Assembly: GCA_038153405.1 (NCBI GenBank)
Contig: JAYOYH010000004.1
Location: 32,001 to 96,000, forward strand
Origin: Gemmatimonadota bacterium
Lineage (GTDB): Bacteria > Latescibacterota > UBA2968 > UBA8231
Length of the DNA stretch: 64,000 nucleotides
Reading direction: 5' to 3'
Below, piece after piece: positions 38,019-47,725 of this stretch. The translations under genes and the position numbers were made by a program. Under the pieces are notes generated by a model, which saw nothing but the letters and a program-made list of their open reading frames with translations, had not been told where the DNA came from and searched no databases. The stretch's first letter is position 1. Each line of letters opens with the position of its first letter.

Positions 38019-38927
38019 TTAGCGCACACCGGTCCACTTGACCTTGTAATACGGTTCCAGATGGGTCATGACCTGTTCCAGCTCGTACTCGTCCTCCGCG
38101 TCCATGCTCACCGATCCCGGCGTGCGCATTTCAGCGCTGCTTAACACGCCGCGGCGCACGAGAATTTCCTTGCATACGCGCAGCCCTAACAGCAGCAGCA
38201 AATTAATCTGCGGCAGCAGCGCGTTGAAAATCTGCCGCGCGCGCGCTTCGTCTCCCGACTGAAAAGCGTCCCATATCTGCACGTGGATATCGACCGCTTC
38301 GACGGCCGGCATAAAACCAGTGGCCCCGCGCCGCAGCTCGGACAGCATCCAGCGACCGTGCCCGCCACCAAAGACGCCCAAACAGCCCTCCTGCACCTCC
38401 CTCACCACGGCGCTGATTTGGTGCGCGCTGGGCATTTGCTCCTCTTTGAGGTAGGAAATGTGCTCCACTTCGGCAAAGAGATCGCGCATAAAAGAGGCCG
38501 TCAGACCGCCGGAGGTATGCTGGAGAAAGACGGGGCGCTGCGCCGCGGCGGCAATCGCCTCGTAGTAGGCGCGCACCTCATCGGGCGTACCGCCCGACAG
38601 ATAGGGCGGCAGCGCAATCACCGCATCGGCTCCGGCCCGCACCGCCCCCTTTGTGCAGGCGACGGCTACTTCCTTGCTCGGACCGGCCACGCCGGCCACG
38701 ACCGGCAGCCGCCCGGCCGCCGCGTCGACGACTACGCCGATCAACTGCTCGCGCTCGCCCTCGCTCAAATACTGGAACTCGCTGCCCAACACCGGGAAGA
38801 CCAGACCGTGCGCACCGCCTTCGACGCAAAACTCCACTTGTTTCTGCATTCCCTCCACATCGAGCCCACCGTCCGCCGTCAGCGCCGTCTGCATCACCGG
38901 AAAAATGCCCTGCATTACCTCACTCAT
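38019..38927 (-). CDS. DapA/DHDPS-family aldolase or dehydratase
   Basis: GIFPV, VLGSEFQYLS, PVVAGV, GADAVIALPPY, YLKEE. Confidence 0.88.
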   Translation of the reverse strand: MSEVMQGIFPVMQTALTADGGLDVEGMQKQVEFCVEGGAHGLVFPVLGSEFQYLSEGEREQLIGVVVDAAAGRLPVVAGVAGPSKEVAVACTKGAVRAGADAVIALPPYLSGGTPDEVRAYYEAIAAAAQRPVFLQHTSGGLTASFMRDLFAEVEHISYLKEEQMPSAHQISAVVREVQEGCLGVFGGGHGRWMLSELRRGATGFMPAVEAVDIHVQIWDAFQSGDEARARQIFNALLPQINLLLLLGLRVCKEILVRRGVLSSAEMRTPGSVSMDAEDEYELEQVMTHLEPYYKVKWTGVR

Positions 38928-38931
38928 TTCC

Positions 38932-39960
38932 CTACTCCATATAGTCGGCAATCCGCTTGGGATGGCCGTCTTCCGTTACCTGCATCGCCGCGATGACCAT
39001 GCAGAAGCTCTCGATATTATCCTGTATGCGCGTAGCCATCGGCGACCCGCCCTCGAGCCAGTCGACAAACTCGGTGAGCAGATACTCGTGGCCAGCCATT
39101 TCGAGAGCCGGTGCCTCATACGCGCATACCTCTTGACCGACCTTGTGCACCGTCACCTCGTTGCCCTCGGCAATTTCGACCGTGCCCCCTTCAAACTCGG
39201 CGCGATAGTACTCGCGGTGCCAGCAGTTGGTTATGCCGGCCGCCGATGAATTGCCCTCATAGGCCGCATGCACGCCGTTGTCCATGCGCATGACGTAGAA
39301 TCCGCTGGAAAAGTGCTTGAAACTCGACCACGATGGGTTCCATCCAAAGCCCTGTAACATTTCGCAGTTGCCACCCGAGAGAAAACGCAGCATGTCAAAG
39401 TGGTGCACCGAGCCCTCAAAGAGCAGGCCAAAGTCCATATCGTGGCGCCAGGTTTTGCCCCACGAACCGTATTGGCGGTAGTCGCAGGCGTAGCGCCCGA
39501 CCACGTGCTGCAGACGCCCTAGCTCGCCCGAGGTGCGGATGCGCACCAGTTCCTGTTTGTTGGATGCATAGCGATAGTTCTGAATAATGCCGCAGGGCAG
39601 TCCCGTCTCATCGGAAACGCGCAGCATGGCCAAAGCGGCCTCCAGTGTATGGGCGATTGGCTTTTCGCACAGCACGGGCAATCCCGCGCGCATAGCCGCA
39701 ACCGCCTGATCGCTGTGAAACTGCGGCGGCGTGCAAATTGCGCAAAAGTCGGCCTCGACTTCGGCTAGAGCGGCATCAAAATCGGTGAAGAGCGCATCCT
39801 CTCCCAGACCCAACTTATCCCTCTGCGCCTTCAGCACCTCTTCGTTGACGTCGACCAAGCCAACGATCTGCACGCGCTGGCCCAGCGCACCCTGCCAGAG
39901 GTTAATCCAATGAGCGGCCATGCCGTTGCCGCCCACCATTAAGCAGCGCTTCGTCGCCAT
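38932..39960 (-). CDS. Gfo/Idh/MocA oxidoreductase
   Basis: MVGGNGMA, TPPQFH, LCEKP, QNYRY, SVHHFD. Confidence 0.9.
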   Translation of the reverse strand: MATKRCLMVGGNGMAAHWINLWQGALGQRVQIVGLVDVNEEVLKAQRDKLGLGEDALFTDFDAALAEVEADFCAICTPPQFHSDQAVAAMRAGLPVLCEKPIAHTLEAALAMLRVSDETGLPCGIIQNYRYASNKQELVRIRTSGELGRLQHVVGRYACDYRQYGSWGKTWRHDMDFGLLFEGSVHHFDMLRFLSGGNCEMLQGFGWNPSWSSFKHFSSGFYVMRMDNGVHAAYEGNSSAAGITNCWHREYYRAEFEGGTVEIAEGNEVTVHKVGQEVCAYEAPALEMAGHEYLLTEFVDWLEGGSPMATRIQDNIESFCMVIAAMQVTEDGHPKRIADYME

Positions 39961-39974
39961 ATTTCCTCTCCGTC

Positions 39975-41405
39975 TTAACGTATCGAACCGTCGGGCGCAA
40001 TGCGCCGCCGCTCCGCTTCCACTTCCTCAAACCAGTTTTCCAACTCCATCAGCATGCGCGCCGTGCGCGCCGCTTCACGCTCGGCCAGATTCACCTTTTC
40101 CAGCGGATCGTCTTCCAGATTGTAGAGCTCGACGGGGACCGGCGGCGGCACAATTACCTCGGGATCGGGATCATCCATCAGCGCGGTCACTTCGTCCGGA
40201 TGATACTTATACTGGATGTCCATCTCTACATAGCGATCCATGCGCCGCTGGTCCTCCTCGGTCGCCGGCAGCAGGCGCTGCTGCGGCCGCACGAGTTTCC
40301 ACGAACCGTCGCGCATGGCCGCGTTGATCCAACTGACGGGCTGGTAGGGATTGAGCTGCCAGAAGCGCGGCGGCGGCTCTTGGCTAGCCTCACCGCGCAG
40401 CGCAGCCAGCGCATTCCGTCCGTCTAGAGCCCGGCCTTCCGGTCGCTCAATGCCGGCCGCTGCCAACAGCGTCGGCAGCCAGTCGACAAAGTGCACCTGT
40501 TCGTCAATGGCCTGCCCTTCCGGCCAGCCAGCCGGCCAGCGCGCGATCATCGGCACGCGAATACCGCCTTCGTAGACCGACCCCTTTTGTCCATTCAAAC
40601 CACAGTTGTAGCGCTGACAGTTCGTATCGTAACCGGGCGGCACCTGGTCTGGACGCAGACTAAAGGCCGGGCCGTTGTCGCTGGTAAACAGCACTATGGT
40701 GTCGTCGCGCAGACCCAACGCGTCGAGCGTTTCCAACAGGCGCCCGACGCCGGCGTCCATAACCTCGTTCATCGCATAGGTAATGCCTACGCCCGGACTA
40801 AGACCCGTCTCCAGATAAGAACGCACTACGTCGTCGGGGGCCTGCAGGGGCGAGTGTGGCGCATTATAGGTCACACACAGCAGAAAGTTCTCGCGCTGAT
40901 GGCGCTGTAGAAAGGCGACGGCCTCCTCGGTAAAAACATCCGTTAGGTAGCGGCCATCACTCTCCCAGCGCACCCCGTTGCGCTCGATGCGCCAGTCGAA
41001 ATAGTCCATCCACCCGCCGCGAAAACCGCAGAAGGTATCAAAGCCGCGCGCGTTGGGATGGTAGCGATCGTCGAGCGCCCCATTATGCCATTTACCAATC
41101 AGCCCAGTGGCATAGCCGGCCGCACTAAAACAATCGCCTAGCGTCACTTCGTCGAGGGCGATGCGATCCATACCGCGCACCTCCATCGGGTTCAGCGCAC
41201 CCGTGCGATGCGGATAGCGACCCGTCAGCAGCGCCGCACGCGACGGCGAACACACCGGCGCGCCGGCATAGTGCTGCCCCAGGCACAGCCCCTCTGCCGC
41301 CAGCGCGTCCAAATGCGGCGTGCGCGCCGGTCCGTCGTTAAAAAGTCCAACGTCGCCGTAACCCATATCGTCGGCGACGAAGATCAGTACATTCGGCTTG
41401 CGCAT
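39975..41405 (-). CDS. Sulfatase (S1, formylglycine-dependent)
   Basis: PNVLIFVADDMG, CSPSRAALLTGR, GKWH, TSDNG, KGSVYEGGIRVP; no signal peptide. Confidence 0.95.
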   Translation of the reverse strand: MRKPNVLIFVADDMGYGDVGLFNDGPARTPHLDALAAEGLCLGQHYAGAPVCSPSRAALLTGRYPHRTGALNPMEVRGMDRIALDEVTLGDCFSAAGYATGLIGKWHNGALDDRYHPNARGFDTFCGFRGGWMDYFDWRIERNGVRWESDGRYLTDVFTEEAVAFLQRHQRENFLLCVTYNAPHSPLQAPDDVVRSYLETGLSPGVGITYAMNEVMDAGVGRLLETLDALGLRDDTIVLFTSDNGPAFSLRPDQVPPGYDTNCQRYNCGLNGQKGSVYEGGIRVPMIARWPAGWPEGQAIDEQVHFVDWLPTLLAAAGIERPEGRALDGRNALAALRGEASQEPPPRFWQLNPYQPVSWINAAMRDGSWKLVRPQQRLLPATEEDQRRMDRYVEMDIQYKYHPDEVTALMDDPDPEVIVPPPVPVELYNLEDDPLEKVNLAEREAARTARMLMELENWFEEVEAERRRIAPDGSIR

Positions 41406-41415
41406 GCGGGCTCTA

Positions 41416-42216
41416 CTAGCGTGAGCGGCTGCTGTAAATCAGCGGATTGAGCTCGTCGTTATCGAGCACATCGCCCTCTTTCAGCGTGGCCATATACGCA
41501 TCCGGCAGCACGTTTTTCTGCCCGTTGAACACTTCGCCATCGGGCATATAGGCACAGGTCATGGCGCGGCGGCGGCCCGGCGTCATATTGGCGCCGGCCC
41601 CGTGTGCGAGCAGGCCGTTGTGAAAAGAGCAATCGCCCGCCTTCATCGGCGCGGCCATGGCCGAGCGCTCCTGCCACTGCGGGTAGACGCGAAAGAGATC
41701 GGCCATTTGCTCGGTAATACCCGAGCTGTCAAACGTCGCCTCCCGGTGCGTGCCCGGCATAAAGTACAGACAGCCGTTGCTCAGCGTCGCATCGTCGAGA
41801 GCCACCCAGATCGAAATGGCGTTGCGCGACGAAAACGACCAGTAGGGATTGTCTAAGTGCCAAGCGGTGGGATTGGCCCAAGGCTCTTTGATCAGCGCCT
41901 GGTCGTGCCAGATGCGAATGCCCTCAACCCCGGCCAGTTCGGCGGCCATCTTGCCGAGACGCTCGTCGAGCATTAGCTCGCGCATCCCATCGTGGTCCAT
42001 CCACAGGTTGAGGCGCTGGGTAAAGACGCGATCGTAATAAGAATCACCGCTCTTCCAATCGCTATTGGCCATCTTCCGATCCTGGCGATTGGCCACCGCT
42101 TCGTCTACGCGCGCGCGCCACGTTGCCAACTCGTCGTCATCGAGAAAGCCTTCTACGACCAGCACGCCGTCGCGCTGATACTGCGCTATTTCTTCGCCAC
42201 TCAATTCACTTCTCAT
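41416..42216 (-). CDS. PhyH-family Fe(II)/2OG dioxygenase
   Basis: YQRDGVLVVEG, LIKEP, WHLDNPYW, IWVALDDA, AHGAGAN, RRAM. Confidence 0.93.
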   Translation of the reverse strand: MRSELSGEEIAQYQRDGVLVVEGFLDDDELATWRARVDEAVANRQDRKMANSDWKSGDSYYDRVFTQRLNLWMDHDGMRELMLDERLGKMAAELAGVEGIRIWHDQALIKEPWANPTAWHLDNPYWSFSSRNAISIWVALDDATLSNGCLYFMPGTHREATFDSSGITEQMADLFRVYPQWQERSAMAAPMKAGDCSFHNGLLAHGAGANMTPGRRRAMTCAYMPDGEVFNGQKNVLPDAYMATLKEGDVLDNDELNPLIYSSRSR

Positions 42217-43154
42217 GTTATTCTCTCCAGTTCTGCAATGGCAATTCCCCGCTCTCCGGCTACCGAATAGAGCAGATAGAGCCGATCGCCTTCGATGTAG
42301 ATGGCCGGATCGCGCAGCTGGTTGACCGCGCCCTTGGCCAGGCCCATGCGCGAGGGTTCGATCGGCAAATGGCCCCCTTCCCAATCGCGCTGCGGTGCCA
42401 GCAGCCGTTCCGGCTCGGCAAAGGTCCACTCTCGCCAGTCGGCACGCAAGTCCGCCCACGTGTAGAGCAAGCTCTCGGGGGCATCCTCGCTGCGCGAAAA
42501 CACTAGGTGCAACACGTCACCCTCCTGCCACAGCGCCGTGTGACGGCAGCGCGGCAGGTGTGTAGGACCTCGTTCGAAATTGCTCAGGCCATCCGGCGAA
42601 CGGTAGGAAATACCCTTGGCGAAGGCATAGTGCCAGCCGCCGTGCGCAAACACGCGAAAGTAGAATGCCCCGAGTATAGACGGCTCGACGTCAAAATGCA
42701 GTCCGTCGGCCGAATGGGCAACAAACGAAACCTGATTGAGATGCGCCTGGCAAGCCGGCGCGGGTTGGTGAAAATACATGCGCAGCTGGCGCCGCTCGAG
42801 ACAGACGTGCACATCGGGACTGGCAATATGCGCGCGCCCCGGGGCCCGATCCACGTGCAGCACGCCGGGTTCATACACCGTCCACGGCCCGCTCAACGCA
42901 TCGGCGTAGGCCATGCGAATATAGGCGCCGACGTGGTGGGCAAAATAGAGATAGTAGCGCCCCAGCGCGCCGTCGATCCAATCGGGTACGCGCACGAGCG
43001 AGGGTCCGTTTATATTCTCGCCCCGTTCGCCCTCTAAGCCGGTCATGTCTGGGTGAATAATTGGCGCGTCGAGCAGCCGCCTCACCGCAAAGCGCGTGCA
43101 TGCGCGCAGCGGCCTTCCCCCATCCATCGGTGCTTTGACAGTGCCGCATGCCAT
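42213..43154 (-). CDS. Five-bladed beta-propeller glycosidase-like protein
   Basis: NINGPSL, YYLYFAHH, GPWT, HIASPDV, LRDPAI, YLLYSVAGE; tightly coupled to both neighbours. Confidence 0.7.
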   Translation of the reverse strand: MACGTVKAPMDGGRPLRACTRFAVRRLLDAPIIHPDMTGLEGERGENINGPSLVRVPDWIDGALGRYYLYFAHHVGAYIRMAYADALSGPWTVYEPGVLHVDRAPGRAHIASPDVHVCLERRQLRMYFHQPAPACQAHLNQVSFVAHSADGLHFDVEPSILGAFYFRVFAHGGWHYAFAKGISYRSPDGLSNFERGPTHLPRCRHTALWQEGDVLHLVFSRSEDAPESLLYTWADLRADWREWTFAEPERLLAPQRDWEGGHLPIEPSRMGLAKGAVNQLRDPAIYIEGDRLYLLYSVAGERGIAIAELERIT

Positions 43155-43155
43155 C

Positions 43156-44481
43156 TTATAGCTCGGGTAATGCGAATACGTCGCCGGTATCGTCGACCCA
43201 CTGCGCCAGGCGCTCGTGCAGCCGATGACGTTCGCTGCGGTAGCGCGTATTAAAGGCCAAATTGACCTGCTCGTAGGGATCTTCGTTGAGGTTGTAGAGC
43301 ATCCACGGCTGCCCTTCCAAGGCGACGTATTTCCAGTTGTCGCGCGTGGCCACCCCGCGCCAGGGCCGGTCAATGCTATCGCCGTGCCCGGTGGGCACGA
43401 CCAGCTGTAAATAGGCCGAGTCGGGATCCGCGACGGCGGCTACCTTGCGCAGGCGATGGTGCGAATAGTCGGTACCGGGCATCCAGTCGGGTACCTCAAT
43501 ATCGCACAGCCCCAGTGAAGTCGGTCCTATGTCGACGTGGTTGATCGGCGCATCGCAGCGCGTGCCGGCCTTCATCTCGTAGCGGCGCCCACCGCCCAGC
43601 ACAAACGGCACGCGCACCGCCTCTTCCCACGGCGAGGTCTTGAGAAACTGCCCCTGTGATCCGTGCATATCGCCGTGATCGGAAAAAAATACAATATGCG
43701 TGCGGTCGTACAGACCGCGCGCGCGCAGCGCTTCGATTACCCGCCCGACGTTCCAATCGAGATTTTCAATCATGGCGTAGTAACCGGCTAGCTCGCGCCG
43801 GGCGCGCTCGCGCACCCCGCTAACGTTCGGCACATTGGGCCGCAGCTGCACGCGCTGCGGCGTATGCCGCCCCATCCACTCCGCCGGCGCCACGTAGGGG
43901 TTGTGCGGTGGCTGTGCGCTCAGTGCAGCGAAGAAAGGCTGATCCACTGCATCGCGCTCCTCTATGTGTCTGAGCAACAGATCCGTCAGCGCATCCGTTT
44001 CGTAGCCGTCGAGGCGATGGGACTCGACTTCCTCTTCACCTACGTGACCGTGTAACCAGGTATCGTACTGCGCGTTGTTGTTTTCGTAACCCAGCCAGGT
44101 ATCAAAGCCACCGCGGCGCGCGCGCGGCACGCGGTGAAATACGGCGCGGCCTTCGCGCTCTTGGAAACCATCTAGGTGCCACTTGCCGAAGTAGGCGGTG
44201 TGATAGCCGGCCGCGCGAAAGGGCTGCGCAACAGTCAACAGCTCCGGCGGCAGACGCATCTGATGCCCGGGCACGGCGCGGTGCGGATAGCGTCCCGACA
44301 GCAGCGAACCGCGATAGGGGCAGCACAGTGGACAGCCGGATACCGCGCGCGAAAACGTCACGCCGTCGGCGGCCAGCGCGTCGATGTGCGGCGTGTGCAG
44401 ATTCGCATCCCCCATACAGCCCAGCGCCTGGGCGCGGTGTTGGTCGCCAAAGATCCAAACTAGATTGGGGCGCTCGCTCAT
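43156..44481 (-). CDS. Sulfatase (S1)
   Basis: PNLVWIFGDQHR, LCCPYRGSLLSG, GKWHLDG, FSDHGD; GGAGG RBS before MSERP. Confidence 0.93.
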   Translation of the reverse strand: MSERPNLVWIFGDQHRAQALGCMGDANLHTPHIDALAADGVTFSRAVSGCPLCCPYRGSLLSGRYPHRAVPGHQMRLPPELLTVAQPFRAAGYHTAYFGKWHLDGFQEREGRAVFHRVPRARRGGFDTWLGYENNNAQYDTWLHGHVGEEEVESHRLDGYETDALTDLLLRHIEERDAVDQPFFAALSAQPPHNPYVAPAEWMGRHTPQRVQLRPNVPNVSGVRERARRELAGYYAMIENLDWNVGRVIEALRARGLYDRTHIVFFSDHGDMHGSQGQFLKTSPWEEAVRVPFVLGGGRRYEMKAGTRCDAPINHVDIGPTSLGLCDIEVPDWMPGTDYSHHRLRKVAAVADPDSAYLQLVVPTGHGDSIDRPWRGVATRDNWKYVALEGQPWMLYNLNEDPYEQVNLAFNTRYRSERHRLHERLAQWVDDTGDVFALPEL

Positions 44482-44740
44482 GCATGTCCTCCTGATGCGG
44501 CTGCCGTGCGACGGCAGCGCGTTCGACTTGTGGTCCCGCGCGGCGTCGCTGCCGTGCGGTAGACTTTCCGTTACCGGTAAACGCGACCCGTCCTCGCCCT
44601 CAATATAGTGGTCGAGCGCATCGACTACCACCTGCATAGAGGCCCGTGTTGACACCCGTCGGGCGAACGCTACTTTACCCATAGGCCGCTAGCCAGCCTC
44701 TCCCGCCGGCCGCTGCACCCCTTGGGCCCGAGTTTGCCAC

Positions 44741-45310
44741 ATGTCACTTCGCTATCTGATCGCCGCCGCACTGCTGCTTGCCGCAGCCGGACTGGTGCTA
44801 TTCCACGACGGCGCCAACGCCTTTGATTTGGACGGCCGCCCATTCGACCCACTTGCTACCCGCGCGGCAGCCACCGCCCTGATTTTTGTCGGCCCCGATT
44901 GCCCGATTTCCAACCGCTACGCACCTGAAATCCAGCGCTTATCTGCCCGCTATGAACGCGACGGAGTGCTGTTTTTTCTGGTCTATCCCGATCCACAATT
45001 GAGCAGCGCCTCCATTCGCCAACACCTGGCGCAGTTTGCCTATGAGCTACCCGCCCTGCGCGATCCGCAGCACGCCCTCGTCGACTTAGCCGAAGCCGGC
45101 GCAACCCCACAGGCCGCAGTCTTTGACGGCGCGGGCGCGCTGGTCTACAGCGGCCGCATAGACGATCGCTATATAGACTTTGGCAAGCAGCGTCCCACCG
45201 CGCGCACGCACGACCTGGATGAAGCGCTGCAGGCTACTCTCGCCGGCAGGCGACCTGCCACCGCGCGCACACCGGCCGTGGGTTGCTATATCGCCGACCT
45301 GAAAGAGTGA
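44741..45310 (+). CDS. Exported thioredoxin-fold redoxin (AhpC/TSA-like)
   Basis: Signal/anchor segment, PDCPISNRYAP, ATPQAAV, YSGRIDD, AVGCYI. Confidence 0.85.
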   Translation: MSLRYLIAAALLLAAAGLVLFHDGANAFDLDGRPFDPLATRAAATALIFVGPDCPISNRYAPEIQRLSARYERDGVLFFLVYPDPQLSSASIRQHLAQFAYELPALRDPQHALVDLAEAGATPQAAVFDGAGALVYSGRIDDRYIDFGKQRPTARTHDLDEALQATLAGRRPATARTPAVGCYIADLKE

Positions 45311-47010
45311 TGCAAATCCGATTATTACGCCGCGCACGCGGCCTCGCTGCCCTACTGCTCGCTCTCTGCGCCTGTCAGCCCGCTGCGCGCGAGGACGCAG
45401 TGCCGACATTTAGCCGCGATATCGCTCCCGTCGTCTTTGCCAACTGCGTGCCTTGCCACCGTGCGGGTGGTCCCGGTCCCTTTCCCTTTACCACCTACGA
45501 TGAGGTCGTCGACCACGCCGGTCAGATTGCCGAGGTAACGGCCAGTCGCTATATGCCGCCCTGGCAGCCGGCAGCCGACTATGGGCGCTTTGTCGGCGAA
45601 CGCAGACTAACAGATGCCCAAATCGACCTAATCGCGCGCTGGGTAGAAGGGGGAACGCCCGCCGGAGATCTGACGCAGCTACCGCCCCTACCCGAATTCT
45701 CTGAGGGATGGCAGCTGGGCACGCCGGATCTGGTCGTCGCCATGGATGCGCCCTATCTCCTGCCGGCCGAAGGCGCTGACCAGTTTCGCAACTTTGTCCT
45801 GCCCGTGCCCGGAGACGGACCGCGCTACATCGAAGCGGTCGAATTCCAAACCGACAACGCGTCCGTTATCCACCACGCTGTGATGATGTTTGATCGCAGC
45901 GGAGCCGCGCGCAAGCACGACGCACGCGAAGAGGGCCCAGGCTTTGACGGCATGGTCTTTGGCCAAGCACAGGGACCCGACGGCCATTTCCTCGGCTGGA
46001 CGCCCGGCAAGCAGGCCTATCGCGACCCGGCGCTGGCCTGGAAGCTGGAACCGGCCACCGATCTGGTCGTACAGCTGCACATGCTGCCTTCGGGTCGACC
46101 CGAAAACGTCGCCGTGCGCGTCGGCTTCTACTACGCCGACGGACCACCGCAGCGCACGCCGGCACTGCTGCGCTTAGGGCGCAAGGACATCGACATTGCC
46201 GCAGGCGATGCCGACTACGCGCTGCGCGATGCCTTTACGCTACCGGTCGACGTCGACGTCGTCGGCATCTATCCACACGCCCACTACCTAGGCAAGCGCA
46301 TGGCCGTCTACGCCGACCTGCCCGACGGGCGCCGCGAGTGGCTGATTCGCATTGAGGAATGGGATTTTAACTGGCAGGACGACTACCGCTACGCCGAACC
46401 GGTCGCGCTGCCGCGCGGCGCGACCATCGTCATGGAGTACACCTACGACAACTCGGCGGCCAATCCGCTCAACCCGCACGATCCACCCCGCCGCATATTC
46501 TACGGCCTGCAGTCGAGCGACGAGATGGGCGATATGACGATGCAGGTCGTTCCGCGCAATGACGACGATCTTAAAACGCTGCAGCAGCACTATGCGCGCA
46601 AGTGGGTCGCGCAGGAAATCCAAGGCTACCAAACCATGCTCTTGCAGGATTCGACCCACGCGGAAAACCACCATACGCTGGCCATGCTCTATCTGCGCAC
46701 CCGACAGAGCACGCAGGCGCAAAAGCACTTTGAGCGATGCATACAGCTGCAGCCCGACTACGCCGAAGCGCGCGTCAACTACGCGATTGCCCTCAGCGCT
46801 GCGCGCAATATTAAAGGCGCAATCGACCAGCTATATGCCGCCGTAAGCAGCCAGCCAGACTACGCCGATGCCCATTTTAATCTGGCCATGGCCCTGTTTC
46901 AAACCGGGCAGCAAGCGGCGGCCAAGGAGCACTTCTCCCACGCTGCACGCCTGCGTCCGGAAATGGCCGAGGCGATCCATCGCCAACTGCAGCGCCTGCA
47001 GCTGCACTAG
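45310..47010 (+). CDS. Cytochrome c + copper type II (PHM/DBH-like) monooxygenase + TPR protein
   Basis: Lipobox-like LCAC, CVPCH, MPPW, VIHHAV, QLHML, PHAHYLG, WDFNWQ, DEMG, C-terminal TPRs (PDYAEARVN, PDYADAHFNLA). Confidence 0.85.
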   Translation: MQIRLLRRARGLAALLLALCACQPAAREDAVPTFSRDIAPVVFANCVPCHRAGGPGPFPFTTYDEVVDHAGQIAEVTASRYMPPWQPAADYGRFVGERRLTDAQIDLIARWVEGGTPAGDLTQLPPLPEFSEGWQLGTPDLVVAMDAPYLLPAEGADQFRNFVLPVPGDGPRYIEAVEFQTDNASVIHHAVMMFDRSGAARKHDAREEGPGFDGMVFGQAQGPDGHFLGWTPGKQAYRDPALAWKLEPATDLVVQLHMLPSGRPENVAVRVGFYYADGPPQRTPALLRLGRKDIDIAAGDADYALRDAFTLPVDVDVVGIYPHAHYLGKRMAVYADLPDGRREWLIRIEEWDFNWQDDYRYAEPVALPRGATIVMEYTYDNSAANPLNPHDPPRRIFYGLQSSDEMGDMTMQVVPRNDDDLKTLQQHYARKWVAQEIQGYQTMLLQDSTHAENHHTLAMLYLRTRQSTQAQKHFERCIQLQPDYAEARVNYAIALSAARNIKGAIDQLYAAVSSQPDYADAHFNLAMALFQTGQQAAAKEHFSHAARLRPEMAEAIHRQLQRLQLH

Positions 47011-47017
47011 CGATGGA

Positions 47018-47701
47018 TCACCATTTCATATTCATCGCCAGGCGCGGATAGTCCGTCACATTGCGGCTGCCCGAGTGGGCGCAGAACACGTGATAGAACA
47101 GCACGTCGCCCCGCCGGGGCACGACCTCCACGCATTCGCCGATATCCGCTTTGTTCAGCTCGCCGCCTAGCACCCACATTGGGCGATAGTAGTCGGGCTG
47201 GCTGCGCGCCAGCGCTGCAATCTTGCGGTGCGAACCAGGCCATACCACCGTGCCTCCGCCCTGCGGCTTGACGTCGTGTAGGAACGTCATCGACGCCACG
47301 CGAAAGGCGTGTGGAAAGGTCTCGTGCCCGTGTTCCTTGATCGAGTGGTCGATGTGCGGTCCGTGCGGCGCCCAGGGCTCTTGCGTTGGAAAGATATTAA
47401 TCGCATAGCCGCTCTTGGGCGCGCGAAACTGGCCGCGGTCCAGCGCGCCTTCGCTCAGCTGCCAAGCTGCCGTGAGCAGCTGCTCGGTATACACGGCCGT
47501 CAGCTCGGCATCTTCGTAGCCGGTGTGGCCGCTCGCGCGCTCCTTCCACGAAGCCGGATCGCTGCGATCCAGTCCCATGCAGCGCCACATCGCCGCCTCG
47601 GCGCGCTCCGCTACGTCGGTGGGGATTAAGCCCGATACGAGCAGGTAGCCGTTTTCGATATACGCTGCCACCTGCTGCTGCGTCAGCACGGGTTCCGTCA
47701 T
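47018..47701 (-). CDS. PhyH-like dioxygenase
   Basis: YIENGYLLV, PHIDH, FLHDV, GGTVVWPGSH, GDVLF, AHSGSRN. Confidence 0.88.
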   Translation of the reverse strand: MTEPVLTQQQVAAYIENGYLLVSGLIPTDVAERAEAAMWRCMGLDRSDPASWKERASGHTGYEDAELTAVYTEQLLTAAWQLSEGALDRGQFRAPKSGYAINIFPTQEPWAPHGPHIDHSIKEHGHETFPHAFRVASMTFLHDVKPQGGGTVVWPGSHRKIAALARSQPDYYRPMWVLGGELNKADIGECVEVVPRRGDVLFYHVFCAHSGSRNVTDYPRLAMNMKW

Positions 47702-47725
47702 GGCACACTCCTCCTGTATGGCGTC

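Noticed and set aside
44482..44682. In-frame 66-aa N-terminal extension or leader peptide on the sulfatase
   Set aside because: A strong GGAGG RBS precedes MSERPNL, the usual sulfatase start, and the extension does not look like a signal peptide.
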